This document shows positions 37,254 to 49,200 of a stretch of DNA of 64,000 nucleotides, piece after piece; within the stretch, counting starts at the first letter, position 1, and each line of letters opens with the position of its first letter. The translations under genes and the position numbers were made by a program. The notes beneath the pieces are model-generated. The model did not search any database and had not been told where the DNA came from. It was given only the letters and a program-made list of their open reading frames with translations. This stretch comes from a virus. The stretch is from positions 1 through 64,000 of IMG/VR virus record IMGVR_UViG_3300035189_000033, one strand, 5' to 3'.

Positions 37254-38096
37254 ATTCCCTACATCGCTGCCTCGATCCTGGGCGCTGGTGCTCTCTCTTC
37301 CGGCGGATCACTGCTTTCCGGCCTGATGGGATCGAACGCCTCCAAACAGGCGGCCAACGCGGAGCAATCCGCCTACGCCCGCGCCACCGGGCTTGAGCAG
37401 GCCAACTACGAGCAGGCGCAGGGCCAGTTCGCGCCCTATGTGGCGGCTGGCGGCAATGCGCTCAGCGCACTGCAGAAGCTGCTGGGCATCGGACCCGGCA
37501 CCAGCGGCGGTGCCACCAACCCCATTCTGCAAATGCTGGGCATCGGGGGCGCGGGCGGCGGCGGCACCGGGAGCATCAATCCGGCGACGTTCCAGGCCTC
37601 GCCGGGCTACCAGTATGCGTTGCAGCAGGGGATGCAGGGGGTGACCAATCAGGCCGCCACGCAAGGCGGGCTCGGCGGCAATCAGTTGAAGGCGTTGCAA
37701 GCCACCGGGCAGGGGATGGCGAACCAGAACTTCAACCAGTATCTGAACAACGCGAACTCTGCCTATCAGGGGCTGGTCGGCAACGTGTCGAATCTGGCAT
37801 CCAACGGCCAGAACGCGGTCGGCACGCTGGCGGGGCTTGGCGCCAACGTGGGCGCGCTGGAGGGCGCCAACGCGATCGGCGCGGGCAGCGCGCAGGGATC
37901 GGGCATCATGGGCTCGGTCAACGCTCTGACGGGCGGGATAAACCAGGCGGTGGGCAACGCCGGCAGCACCGGCATCTACGGCACCGACAACCCCGGTTTG
38001 GCGAACAACCAGAACATGATCGCCGCGCTTATGTCGTTGTTCGGCAGCGGCGGGGGCGGGTCGGGCGGATACGGCTCAATGGGCGGCGCGGCCTGA
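37254..38096 (+). CDS. DNA ejection/pilot protein (P22 gp7-like); probable ATT start (first ATG at 37326)
   Basis: SNASKQAANAEQSA, APYVAAGGNAL, FQASPGYQYALQQG, Gly/Asn-rich; SD at 37241 precedes ATT. Confidence 0.8.
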   Translation: MPYIAASILGAGALSSGGSLLSGLMGSNASKQAANAEQSAYARATGLEQANYEQAQGQFAPYVAAGGNALSALQKLLGIGPGTSGGATNPILQMLGIGGAGGGGTGSINPATFQASPGYQYALQQGMQGVTNQAATQGGLGGNQLKALQATGQGMANQNFNQYLNNANSAYQGLVGNVSNLASNGQNAVGTLAGLGANVGALEGANAIGAGSAQGSGIMGSVNALTGGINQAVGNAGSTGIYGTDNPGLANNQNMIAALMSLFGSGGGGSGGYGSMGGAA

Positions 38097-38099
38097 TCC

Positions 38100-40235
38100 A
38101 TGGGCCTCGATCCGACCCTCGTGCACGGGTTCCAGCCGACGCAGAATGTCGGGCCGAACCTCGGCGGCATGCTGCAAGACGCGAACTCGATGCTGCAAAT
38201 CGGCGAGCAGAAGCGGGTGTTGCAGCAGCAGAACGCGCTGCGCGGCATCCTGGGGACGCCGGACGCGCTCGATGCGCAGGGCAATCCGACCGACGCCACG
38301 CTGAAGCGGGTTTCGGGCGTGGACCCCGCGATGGGCATGCAGTTGCGCCAGAACATGCTGGTCTCGCAGCAGCGGCAGCTTCAGACCGAGTCGATGCAGA
38401 GCAAGGCCATGCAGGACAAGATGGAGCTGCTGGCCAAGACGTATGAGCCGATTTGGGACGACTACAATGACGCGATCAAGCATGGCGCCACGCCCGAGGA
38501 GGCGAAGCGGGCGGCGCAGGAGGGGGTGACCGAGGGCAACAAATTTCTGACGCAGCACGGGCTTCTGGCGCCGCATGAGGTCGCCAACCTGCCGACTCAA
38601 TTTGACCCCATCCAGTTCGGGCATTTCATCAAAGGATCGCAGACTTACCGCGAGGATATGACGGCGCGGGCGGCTGCGGAGCAGAAGGCGAGAACCGAGC
38701 AACAGCGCGAGCGGCAGCTCGATATTGAGCAGCAGCGGGCGGATCAGGAAAAAAGCAAAGAACAGCCCACAATGGGGCCTGATCCAAATGACCCGAGCAA
38801 GCTGGTGCCGGGTGTCGTGCGGAGCAACGCCGGCAGCAACGACCCGCCGGTCTTCATTCCTTATCCGACCGGCGTGCAGGCGCCGGCCGGCAAAACCGCC
38901 CCAGCAGGATCAGTTGCGGCGGAGCGGTCAACACGGTTCGAGGAAGAAAAGCGCAACCAGCAGGCCGCCGGGACCTATAAGAACGACAGCGGGGTCTACG
39001 ACGTCGTCGATGCGAAGCTGAAGACGATCAAGGATAACCACTTCCCGCCCGGCACCGCGAAAGTTCTCGTCCAGCGCGCGCTTGCCGGCGATTTTTCAGG
39101 CATGACCGGCTTTAGCCGCTCGCCCGGGCTTTTGGTGGAACTCGACACCGAGCTTGCCAAGCAGATGGCGGAGCACGATCCGCCGCTGACCGGCTTGGAT
39201 CTGGCGCGAATGAGGGCCGGATTTGCCGCCTACACGCAGGGCGTCAAAGCGTTCGAGGCGGGCGGCAAGCTGGAACAGCCGGTGCGCAGCCTGTCGGTCG
39301 CGGTGGATCACCTGGACCTGCTGAAACATGCGGCGACGGCGGTTTCCCAGCATGACAGCGCGACGCTCAACAGACTCCAGAACGCGCTGAAGACAGAGTT
39401 TGGTTACACCGGGCCACCGACGTTGGACGCGATCAGGGGCACGGTTGCGGCCGAAATCGAGAAGGCCGTATCGGGCAGCGCTGGTGCTGTGTCAGACCGC
39501 GAAGACCTGAAGGCCAACCTCAACAAATCGCTGCCCCCTGCCGCGCTGATGAGTGTGATCGACGGCTACGAGGGGCTGATGAGCGGCCAGCTTGGCGGCT
39601 TCCGGAAGACCTATCAACGGCTGCAAGGGATCGAGCAAGGCAGCGGTGAGGATTTTGACAAGAAATTCCTCAGTGACCGGGCGACCGCGGTCCTGACCAG
39701 ACGCGGACAGATGGGCGCCGCGGGCGGCACGAATGAGAAGCCCCCCGCTGCGACCGCGCCGGCGGCAAAGGCAGATCAAGCCGCGATTGCCGTTCCGACA
39801 ACGCCGGCCGAACTTGCCGCACTGCCGCCAGGGACCAAATACCGCAGACCGACCGATGCGCCTGGCGTGGTTCGGCATGCGGCGGCGGCGACTGCGACGC
39901 CGGAGGCGGCCAAGCCAGCCGCCGCGGCGCCCGCAGCAGCAGCGGCACCCGCAGCAGCGACGCCGGCAGCCGCGCCCCCGCCCGGAGCCTACACGGTGCC
40001 GAAATCTCGCGCGGACGATCCGGACGGCACCACTTACAACAACGGCAAGCTGGTCAAACAGGGTGGCTTCATCGTGCCGGTGAAACCGGCCGAGGCCGCA
40101 CGCAAGGATGCAACGCCGCCTGCGGGCGGTCGACCGCTGCCGAAGTCGCGGGCCAGCGATCCCGACGGCACGACCTATAACGACGGAAAGTGGGTCAAGC
40201 GGGGCGATTTTGTCGTTCCTGTAGGAGCACAATAA
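38100..40235 (+). CDS. DNA ejection protein (gp20 position)
   Basis: Helical, Gln/Ala-rich; follows the pilot gene; two C-terminal repeats. Confidence 0.7.
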   Translation: MGLDPTLVHGFQPTQNVGPNLGGMLQDANSMLQIGEQKRVLQQQNALRGILGTPDALDAQGNPTDATLKRVSGVDPAMGMQLRQNMLVSQQRQLQTESMQSKAMQDKMELLAKTYEPIWDDYNDAIKHGATPEEAKRAAQEGVTEGNKFLTQHGLLAPHEVANLPTQFDPIQFGHFIKGSQTYREDMTARAAAEQKARTEQQRERQLDIEQQRADQEKSKEQPTMGPDPNDPSKLVPGVVRSNAGSNDPPVFIPYPTGVQAPAGKTAPAGSVAAERSTRFEEEKRNQQAAGTYKNDSGVYDVVDAKLKTIKDNHFPPGTAKVLVQRALAGDFSGMTGFSRSPGLLVELDTELAKQMAEHDPPLTGLDLARMRAGFAAYTQGVKAFEAGGKLEQPVRSLSVAVDHLDLLKHAATAVSQHDSATLNRLQNALKTEFGYTGPPTLDAIRGTVAAEIEKAVSGSAGAVSDREDLKANLNKSLPPAALMSVIDGYEGLMSGQLGGFRKTYQRLQGIEQGSGEDFDKKFLSDRATAVLTRRGQMGAAGGTNEKPPAATAPAAKADQAAIAVPTTPAELAALPPGTKYRRPTDAPGVVRHAAAATATPEAAKPAAAAPAAAAAPAAATPAAAPPPGAYTVPKSRADDPDGTTYNNGKLVKQGGFIVPVKPAEAARKDATPPAGGRPLPKSRASDPDGTTYNDGKWVKRGDFVVPVGAQ

Positions 40236-43200
40236 TGCCACTCGACGGTGCTGATGACGGCGCATGGCTGGTGCCGGATAAGCCGGTTGGCAAAGCACCG
40301 CGAGCGCCGGACTTCGACCTGATCCCCGACCCGCCGGCGAAACAGGCGGCAGCGGATGATTCGGGGGATTGGCTCGTGCCGGATCGGCCGCGAGCGGCCG
40401 TCGCGCAACCGGCGGCGCAGCCAGCCGCACTCGCACCGGCACAGCCCGCAGCGCGCCCTGCATCAGCACAGACAGCCCCGGTTCAGCAGATGCCGCCGCT
40501 CGATGAGTTGGGTATCGGCCAACTCGGACCGCAAACCGGCGCACCGCCAGGGCAGAAACCGGTCGAGGTGGGACAACCGGGCGTCAATATGCTCGCCGCG
40601 ATCGCGCAGGGCGCCAAAGCGGGCTGGCAGGGCGGCGCGTTCCAGGAACAGCCGGGCCTGGTTGACGCTGAACTTCAAACCCTGAAAACGCCGGTCTATG
40701 GCTCCGGTCCGACGGCTATGCCGGGCTTCGCTGCTGTCCCCGCCGTGACTGGCCTAGCCGGGCACGTCATCAACCAAGCGCTCGGCGCACTCGGCGGTGG
40801 CTTCACGTCTGGCGTCGTGCAAGCTGGCGAAGAAGTCGGGCCGAAACTGGGCGGACCGCAACTCGCACGAGACTATCTCGGCTACCTACAGGCAATCGGC
40901 AATGAGATCGGCATGGGGGGCGTGTTCGCGCCCAAAACGATAGCCGAAGCGGAATCAGGTGCGAACACGCGGATCTTCCGGGGTGGAAGCCCCGGGCCAG
41001 GCGATTCGCCTGGGCGGGTGCTCAATTGGGATGTGATCGAACAACGGCCGCCGGCGCCGCCAGCGCGTTCTGTGCCCGGCGTCAAACGGAGCGAAGTAGA
41101 CATTCAGCTTGAGTCTGATGCGTTCCTGATCGCCCATCCTGAAACCGCGGCGATCTACGACAAATACCATGGCGAAGGTGCCGCACAGAAGGTGCTCGAC
41201 GCCGCTGCCAAGAAGCCCGAGGGCGGCAAGCCGCAGGCGACGACGCCGACTGCCGCGAGCGCGGCCCCCGCGAAACCAGCCGAAGAACCGCCGAAACCCT
41301 CTGCGTCCGACGATACGGTTAAAACAGCCACCAAACCCACCGGTCCAACGGCGCCCAAAATCCGCACGATCTCGCAAATCCAGAAGGAAGACGGCGTCGG
41401 CTACAACGAGGCGGCGCGCCGCCGGGATGCTGAAAAGCTGGTGGCACAGCTGGTCTCGTCCGCCGCCGCGCCGACCGCAGCAGATGCAGGCACCCCTGCG
41501 CCGGATGGTGCGCCTGCCGCTGGCGACACCGGAACTGTGACCACTAGCGAAACACGACCCACCAAACTTAAACCGGGGCAACGATTTCACGAGTACCCGG
41601 ACTCCGCGCTTGTGGCTGATGGGCTGCGTGAAGGCGACGAGATAACCACCAGCGCAGGAGATAAATTCACCGTACTTGGGGTCTTCGCCCATAACAGGAA
41701 TCGGCCTGACTTGGGCAACAGGATCGACATCCGCTGGGATAATGGAAAAGAAGTCTCCTTCAAACCACGCGACCTCGAATCCGTCCTCGTGCCGCACTAT
41801 TATTACGACGCCAACACTGGCGAGCGAAAGCTGGGCGAGGGAGCGACGATCCAGCGGGCCAAGGCTGCGGCCGAAGACGCGGCTACTGGCGGCAAGGGCA
41901 CGTCCGATGAACCGCCTGTGGCGACGGCCGCCGATTCCGCCACCACGGCACCGGCCCCGGCAGATGCAGGCACCGCACCGCCCGCTCCTAGACCCGTCAG
42001 CCAGATCCAGGCCGAGGACGGCGTTCCGCTCGGGACGGCGGTGCAAACCCATGAGGCGGAGAAGCTGGCAGCCGAACAGGCGCTCACCACAACCGAACAG
42101 CCCAAAGCCGATGAGCCCGACCTCGAAAACGCCCATGAGGGACCATGGGAAGCCGCCGGCACCAACGCCGAGGGCGAGACGGTCTACCGCAACCCCAAGG
42201 GCCGGCTGGCGACATTCGATGCCGGCGTGCCGTGGCTGGGTGCGGCGGACGGCTCGGACGACGACAACAAGCGGCTGAAGGTGGTCAAGCCCGTTGAGGC
42301 GGCGGCGGCACCAGAACCCCGCCCGGTCGAGCAGATCCAGGCCGAGGACGGTGTTGGCCTCGGTGCTGCGGTGCAGACGCACGAGGAGGAGAAGGAAGCG
42401 GCGAAGAAGGCTGAACAGGAGGCGGCAGGCGAAACCGAAAAGCCCGAGAAGAAGCCCGCGGCGAAGAAAGCCAAGCCCGCCGCGGCCGAACCGGAGGATG
42501 AGGCGCCCGCCGAACCGGCCGCCGAACCATCCGGCGATCAAAAGACTCCGGGAAAATCCGGGATTAAAGCGAACGAGAAACCGCAACAAACGCAGCCCGC
42601 CCAGTCGCCCTCGGGCTCCTTAGTGATGGCGCCGATCGGGGACGACTATTTCCCGCCCGTCCAGTCGGGGCAGAAGTTGCGCACACAATCGGGCCGCGAC
42701 ATCACGGTCCCGACGTTCAGCAGCGGGTCAAACCGGGCGGACAATCTCGCCCGCCGCAAGCTCAACGCCTGGCTGGCGGACGAGACGCGCAAGGAAGTCG
42801 CCGCGAGCGGGGCTGACAGCTATCTGGCCGGCATTGTGGCCGGAATGAACCCCAAGAACATGTCGCAAACCGACCGCGACACCGCGAGCGATATCCTGTT
42901 CGGGGCGGATGGTCCGAAAGCCGCTCCCAAGGCGGAACCGGCCAAGAAACCGGCGGCTGCACCCGAAGCCGCAGCGCCGGCGACGCCGGTCACGAAACCC
43001 TTCACGTCGCAAGACATCGGAACGAAGGTGCGGCCGAAGCCGGGCAGTGGCCTCGATCCGGTCAAGAACGCGGGCATTATCTCGCACGTCCAGACATCGC
43101 CGCAGGGGCCGAAAATTTCGGTCAACGGCGGCCCGCACTTCCTGGGATCGGACTTCGAGCGCGTGCCGGAAGCGATCCCTGTGACACCCGAGGCGCTGCA

Positions 43201-46200
43201 CGACCGTATCATCGCCCAGCTTCAGGCCGACACCAGGCTGCAAGCGGTTTTGTCGAACGCCGAGGAAAGCCCCGATGGCGCGCGCGAGACGGTTCGCAAG
43301 GCATACCGCGCCGCGCTGGGCCAGATGCTGGCCGACGCGGATATGCCAGACCTGCACGCTATCGCTGCCGCGTCGGATGCGTTGCGCGACAGGCCGATCG
43401 GCATGGATGACGTGCGCGAGATCACGGCGGCCCGCCCGGGAGCCGCACCCGAACCGGCTGCAGAAGCCACCGGCACGCCGACCACCGACGCGAAACCCGC
43501 CGCACCCGCGCCAGCCGCAACGCGCACGATCACACCCGAAGAGCCAACTTACGATCCCAAAGACGAAGATCAGCGGAACGCCCCGGTTGGGGAGTTTGGC
43601 TGGAGAGACCTCGGGGGAGGATACGATTATCGCTTTGGCGAAACGGGTGATGATCGTGTCCGGCGCCGATTTATCCAGGTCAGAATTCTCGACAACTACA
43701 ACGACCCAACCGATTGGTTCACTTGGAACACGGTTCGCGCGGAATCGCTCGACATGACACTTCAGGCGCCCCTGGTGCACAGCTACGTGCGCAAGGGTCG
43801 GGACGGCGAGATGGAGCCGGATGAGGTCTGGCCGGAGCACGGCCCGGAGATCGAGCACCGTTTACGCGAAGCGGCGAAGCAACAAGGTGACCAGCAAGGT
43901 CTACCCGCACCTGATTTGCAAACGCCGGGCGGAAGCGCCATATCGGAAACTCAGGAGTCCGCAGATGGCGATCGACCCGACAGTGCTGAAGTGGGTGAAC
44001 CGACAGGTGGCGGACCTCGCGCATCGGGGGCTGGTGCCCGGAAGCCCAAGGGAAACCGACCTGCTGCAACACTGGCTCCAGAATCGGCCGAAGATGATGC
44101 ACCGGCTGGACTCAGCGGGGATGGCGGAGAAGCTGGCGTTCGTCCTGGATCAGAAGCGGTGGGAGGCGCGCCAGCAGTACATAGCGGCGGGGATGCCGCC
44201 ACCGGACGCGGAGGAACAGGCGATGAGGGAGTGGTGCCTGATGGAGCCGGAGGACGAACCCCAAACCCAGCCGTTACCCGCCCCAATTTCCACATTGACG
44301 ACCCAAAGCGAATAATCGGCGGCACTGGACCTAAGCAGCGTTTCGCCCGCAACCGGGCCGCTTTAAAGGCGCTTGAAGACATCCAGGCAGAAGGCCGCGA
44401 TCCGACCCAGGAAGAATTGGAGACCATGGCCGGGTTCATCGGCTGGGGCTCGTTTGGCCAGGAGGTCTTCCAGGGCAGTTTCGAACGGCAACCCTACCGC
44501 GATGGATGGGAAGAAGAAGGCCGTTGGCTGCGCGAGCACCTGGGCAAAGAGGCGTGGGACAGTGCCCGCGACTCCATCCGCAACGCCCATTACACCGACC
44601 CGCCCACCGTCGCCGCGATGTGGGACATGGTTCGCCACATGGGTTTCTGGGGCGGGCGGGTGCTCGAACCGTCCATGGGCGTCGGCAACTTCTTCGGCCT
44701 GATGCCGCGCGACCTGATGGGTCAAAGCGATCTGACCGGCATCGAGAAGGAAAAAACCACCGGCGAAATGGCTAAGCTGCTGTATCCGCACGCCGGTATC
44801 CACGTGCGGGGCTACGAGGAAAGCAAAACCGCAGATAATTTCTACGATCTGGTTATCGGGAACTGGCCGTTCGCTGCGCAAAGCCCGCCCGACCGACGCT
44901 ATGACAGGCTCTCGCCAAGCCTGCACAATTACTTCTTCCTCAAGGCGCTGGATCAGGTCCGCCCCGGCGGGCTCGTGGTCGGCATCACCAGCAACGGGAC
45001 GATGGACAGCGCCGGCCGCGCCGCCCGGCTGGAAATGGCGAAGAAGGGCAAGCTGATTGCCGCGTTCCGCCTGCCGTCTGGCGCGTTCAAGGATTACGCC
45101 GGGACTAGCGTCGTCGCCGACATCATCATCCTGCAGAAGCGGGCGCAACCGCTGGCGAATGCCGTCGATGAGCCATGGATCGATGCCACGGAGATGAGCA
45201 CCGGGCACGGCGACATCCGGGTGAACCGGTATTTCCAGGATCACCCCGAAAACGTGCTGGGCACCCTCGATTGGGGCCACGGCACCACCTCGGGGCGCCC
45301 GGGGATGATCGTGCATCGTCCGGACGACCTGGAGCAACGGCTGCAAGCTCTGGCGGCAACGCTGCCAACAGACGCCTATCAGCCAGTGATCCGGGGCAAG
45401 GAACCGCGCTTTCTGGTCAACAACACGACCGACCGGCACGGCAGCATCGTCATTGGCGACGACGGCCATCTCTACCAAGTCCAGGGTGAGCGGCTGACCC
45501 GGCTTGACGACCTGAAAAGCGGGATGACAACAGGGCCGGCCAAGGTGGTGAAGGCGCGCGAAGATCAGGTTCGCCGCATGGTCGCGATGCGCAAGGCGTA
45601 TGGCGCGCTGATCGACGCCGAGCGGGACGGCAAGCCGGAAGCCGACACGCTGCGCAAGTCGCTGAAGGCGCAGTACGACCAGTTCCGCGCCGAGCACGGC
45701 CCGATCGGTAAATCCGATGGCTTGCGTGTGCTTGACCGGATGAAAGACCCTGGCCGTTCGGCGGTTGAATCGCTGGAACGGCCGGACGGGACGCCTTCAC
45801 CCATTCTGACCGAGCCGACGGTGCGTTCGAGGCGGAGCCTGGAAAACCCCTCGATCGCCGACGCATTTGTCCTGGCGCGAAACGAGCAGGCAAATTTCGA
45901 CCTCGACCGCGTCGCCGAACTGACCGCCAAGCCGCGCGCCGCGGTTGAGGATGTGTTGCTCGACCAGGGCGCCATCATGCGAACGCCGGGCGGCGGTTTT
46001 GAGGCGACCGACGATTATTTGTCAGGCAACGTCCGGCGCAAACTGCGTGAGGCCAAGGAAGCCCTGGCCGCTGGCGATGAGAAAATGCAGCCGTCGATCG
46101 ATGCGCTGACCAAAGTTCTGCCGCCAGATACGCCGTATTACAACATCGAGGCGAAGCTGGGCGCCACCTGGGTCGGCGATGACGCCTACCGGTCGTTTAT

Positions 46201-49200
46201 CGGCGACCTGTTGAACCTGACACCCGATCAGCGCGCGGGCGTCGATGTCCGCTTCACCGGGAGCCGCTGGCGGGTGCGGTTCGGTGACCGTGCCATCAAC
46301 GGCAAGGCCGAGGCCAGGACTGTCCACGGGCACGAAGATTACCCGTTCAACCAGTTGATCATGGCGGCGATGGGCAACCGCTCCGTCAAAATCACGTACC
46401 GGGACGATGACAACGTCAAGCACACCGACGACAAGGCGACCGAAGAGGTCAACGCCAAAGTCCAGGATCTGAAAGAGAAGTTCACCGACTGGGCGTGGTC
46501 GGACCCGGAACGCAAGGTGGCGTTCGAACAAGCCTTCAACGAGACGATGAACGCCATCGCCAAGCCGCGCTTTGACGGCTCGTTCATGGATATGTCGGGG
46601 ATGGCGCTGCGCCGCGGCAATGACCCGTTTTCCATGCGGCGGCATCAGCTTAACGCCATCTGGCGCGGCGTGGCGCTTGGGCGCGGACTGTTCGCCCATG
46701 AGGTCGGCACCGGCAAGAGCTACACCATGGCCGGGATCGCTGTTGAAGGCCGCCGCTATGGCAAATTTCGCAAGCCCGTGGTGTTCGCGCACGGCGCCAA
46801 CAGCGCCGCCGTCGCCCAAGAGTTCCAGGACATGTATCCGGGCGGCAAGTTCTTCTACATCAGCACGCTAAAGCCCGACCAGATCGCCACCAGCCTGCGC
46901 CGCATCGCCAACGAGGACTGGGATGCGGTGATCATGCCGCACAGCCTGATCGACCGCATGGCGCTGACCAAGCCGACCCTGGTGGCATTGGCGGCGGAGC
47001 AAATTGCCGAACTGGAAAACGCGGCGATCGAGGCGGCGGCGGAAGATGACATTACGCTTACGCCCGAAGAAATTTACAGCCTGATCGAAGAGTCCAAAAC
47101 GGACAAAAAGGCGATGGGCCGTCTGCGCAGCCCGACCGCGAAGGATGTTGTCCGGCAAATCCAGTCGCTTCTGAACAACATCGAGAAGCAGGCCAGCCGT
47201 GCCTCGAAAGAGGACGCCGTGCCGTTCGAGCAACTGGGCATCGACGCAATTCTTGTCGACGAAGCGCACGAGTTTAAAAAGCCGCCGTTCGCCACGGCGA
47301 TGAAGATGCGCGGGCTGAACACCCAGTCCAGCGACCGCTCCATCGCGCTGGACTTCCTGACCAAATACGTCAAGGCCAACAATGCCGGGAAGGGCGTGTT
47401 CCTGTTCACCGGGACGCCGGTGACCAACACGTTGAACGAAATCTTCAACATGGCTCGCTACTTCATGGATGACCGGATGGCAGATGCCGGCATCAAGGAG
47501 TGGGACGCATGGTTTAACACTTTCGCCGACGCGACCAACGACATCGAACTGACCAGCACCGGCGAGATTGAGCCGGTGAAACGGCTGGCCGCGTTCAACA
47601 ACGTCGATGAACTGGTGCGCCAGATGTCGGAGTTTGTTGACGTCGTCCAGGCCAAGGACATGCCCGAGTTCAAGCCGCGACCGACGCCGTCGGGCAAGAC
47701 CCTGACATCGCCCGACCTCACCGCGGAAGAGCTTGATTTCCTGATGAACGGCCGGACCCTCAAGCCCGAGGGCCGCCCCTACGTCAAGGTGATGACCGAC
47801 GTCGGCGAGATGTCGCCCGCCCAGGTGGACATCCTCGACGAACTGCGTGAACTGGCCCGAGAGTTCAAGACTGCTGACGGGAAGCAGAAAAAGGAGTGGA
47901 TGCAGGAGGGTGACGAGCGGGTGCCGATCCGCATCGAAACCAACTCCGCCAACACTGGTATCGACCCGAGGCTGTACAACCCGGACGCGCCGGACACCGA
48001 AGACAGCAAGATCAACCGCATTGTGCGCAACGTGCTGCGCCACTATGGCGAGCCGGACGCCGCGCAGGCGATCTTCCTCGATCGCGGCTTCAATCCTGTG
48101 AAGTCGTCCGAGGGGCGGGCGAGCCGTTTCGTGGTGGTCGATGAACTGATCGCCAAGCTGGTCGAGGGGGGCATCCCGCGCGAGCAAATCGCCGTCGTCG
48201 CAGGCGGGATGAAAGCGGAGAAGAAGAAAGAGATCGCCGACGGCATGAACTCGGGCAAGTACCGGATTGCCATCGGCCAAAGCGGCACGTTGGGCGTTGG
48301 CGTGAACATGCAGGAACGGCTGCGCGCCATCCACCACTTTGATGCGCCCTGGCGTCCGGGCGATCTGGAGCAGCGCAACGGCCGCATGAACCGCCAGGGC
48401 AACACCTGGAACATGGCCTACGAATACCGCTACGTGACCGAAGGCATCGACGGCCGCCGCTGGCAGGTTCTTCAGGTTAAAGACAAGTTCATCAAGGCGT
48501 TCATCGCCGCGTTCAACGACACCAGCGGCAAGCGCATCGGCAATATTGAGGGCGATGCGGCGGATATGTCGGAAGATGAGGACTTCTCGAAGACCTTGTC
48601 GGCCGCTGCCGGCGATCCGAGGATTATGATCAGGGCCAAATACAAGGCCGATGTGGAGCGTTTGCAGCGCCGCGAGCGGTTGCACACCAGGGGTCAGGCC
48701 GAGGCGATACAGCTTGCCCGCAGTCGGCGGCCGATCGCCCAGCGTTTGCAAGAGCAGGCCGCAGCGCAAGGCCGTTACGCCGATCGCTGGGAAGCATCGG
48801 TTGCCCGTGCGGCGAAGGCTGCGGAGGCCGATGGAGACGACCGCAAGTGGTATGAGATTGACGGCGACAAAGCCCAGGCGGCGGCCAAAATCGCTAACCT
48901 GGAAACATCGCTCGCGGGTTGGGACGATCAAATCGCCAAGGCGCGGAAGGCGCTGCAAGAGGCGAAGACGGCAAACAATCGGTTCGAACATATCGAACGG
49001 CGCCTTGACCGGCTGATTGGCGCCAAAAACCGGGCGCAGGCCGCTGTTGAGACCGTCAGGTCCACCGGGCGCTGGTTTGATACCGGCGCCGATCTTCAGG
49101 ATACGCTTGACAAGGCGATCACTGAGGTCGCCAGGGGCGAGAAGCGGAAACTCGCGACCGTGGGCGGTTTTGATATCGTCGGTAACTGGAGCAGCCCGTT

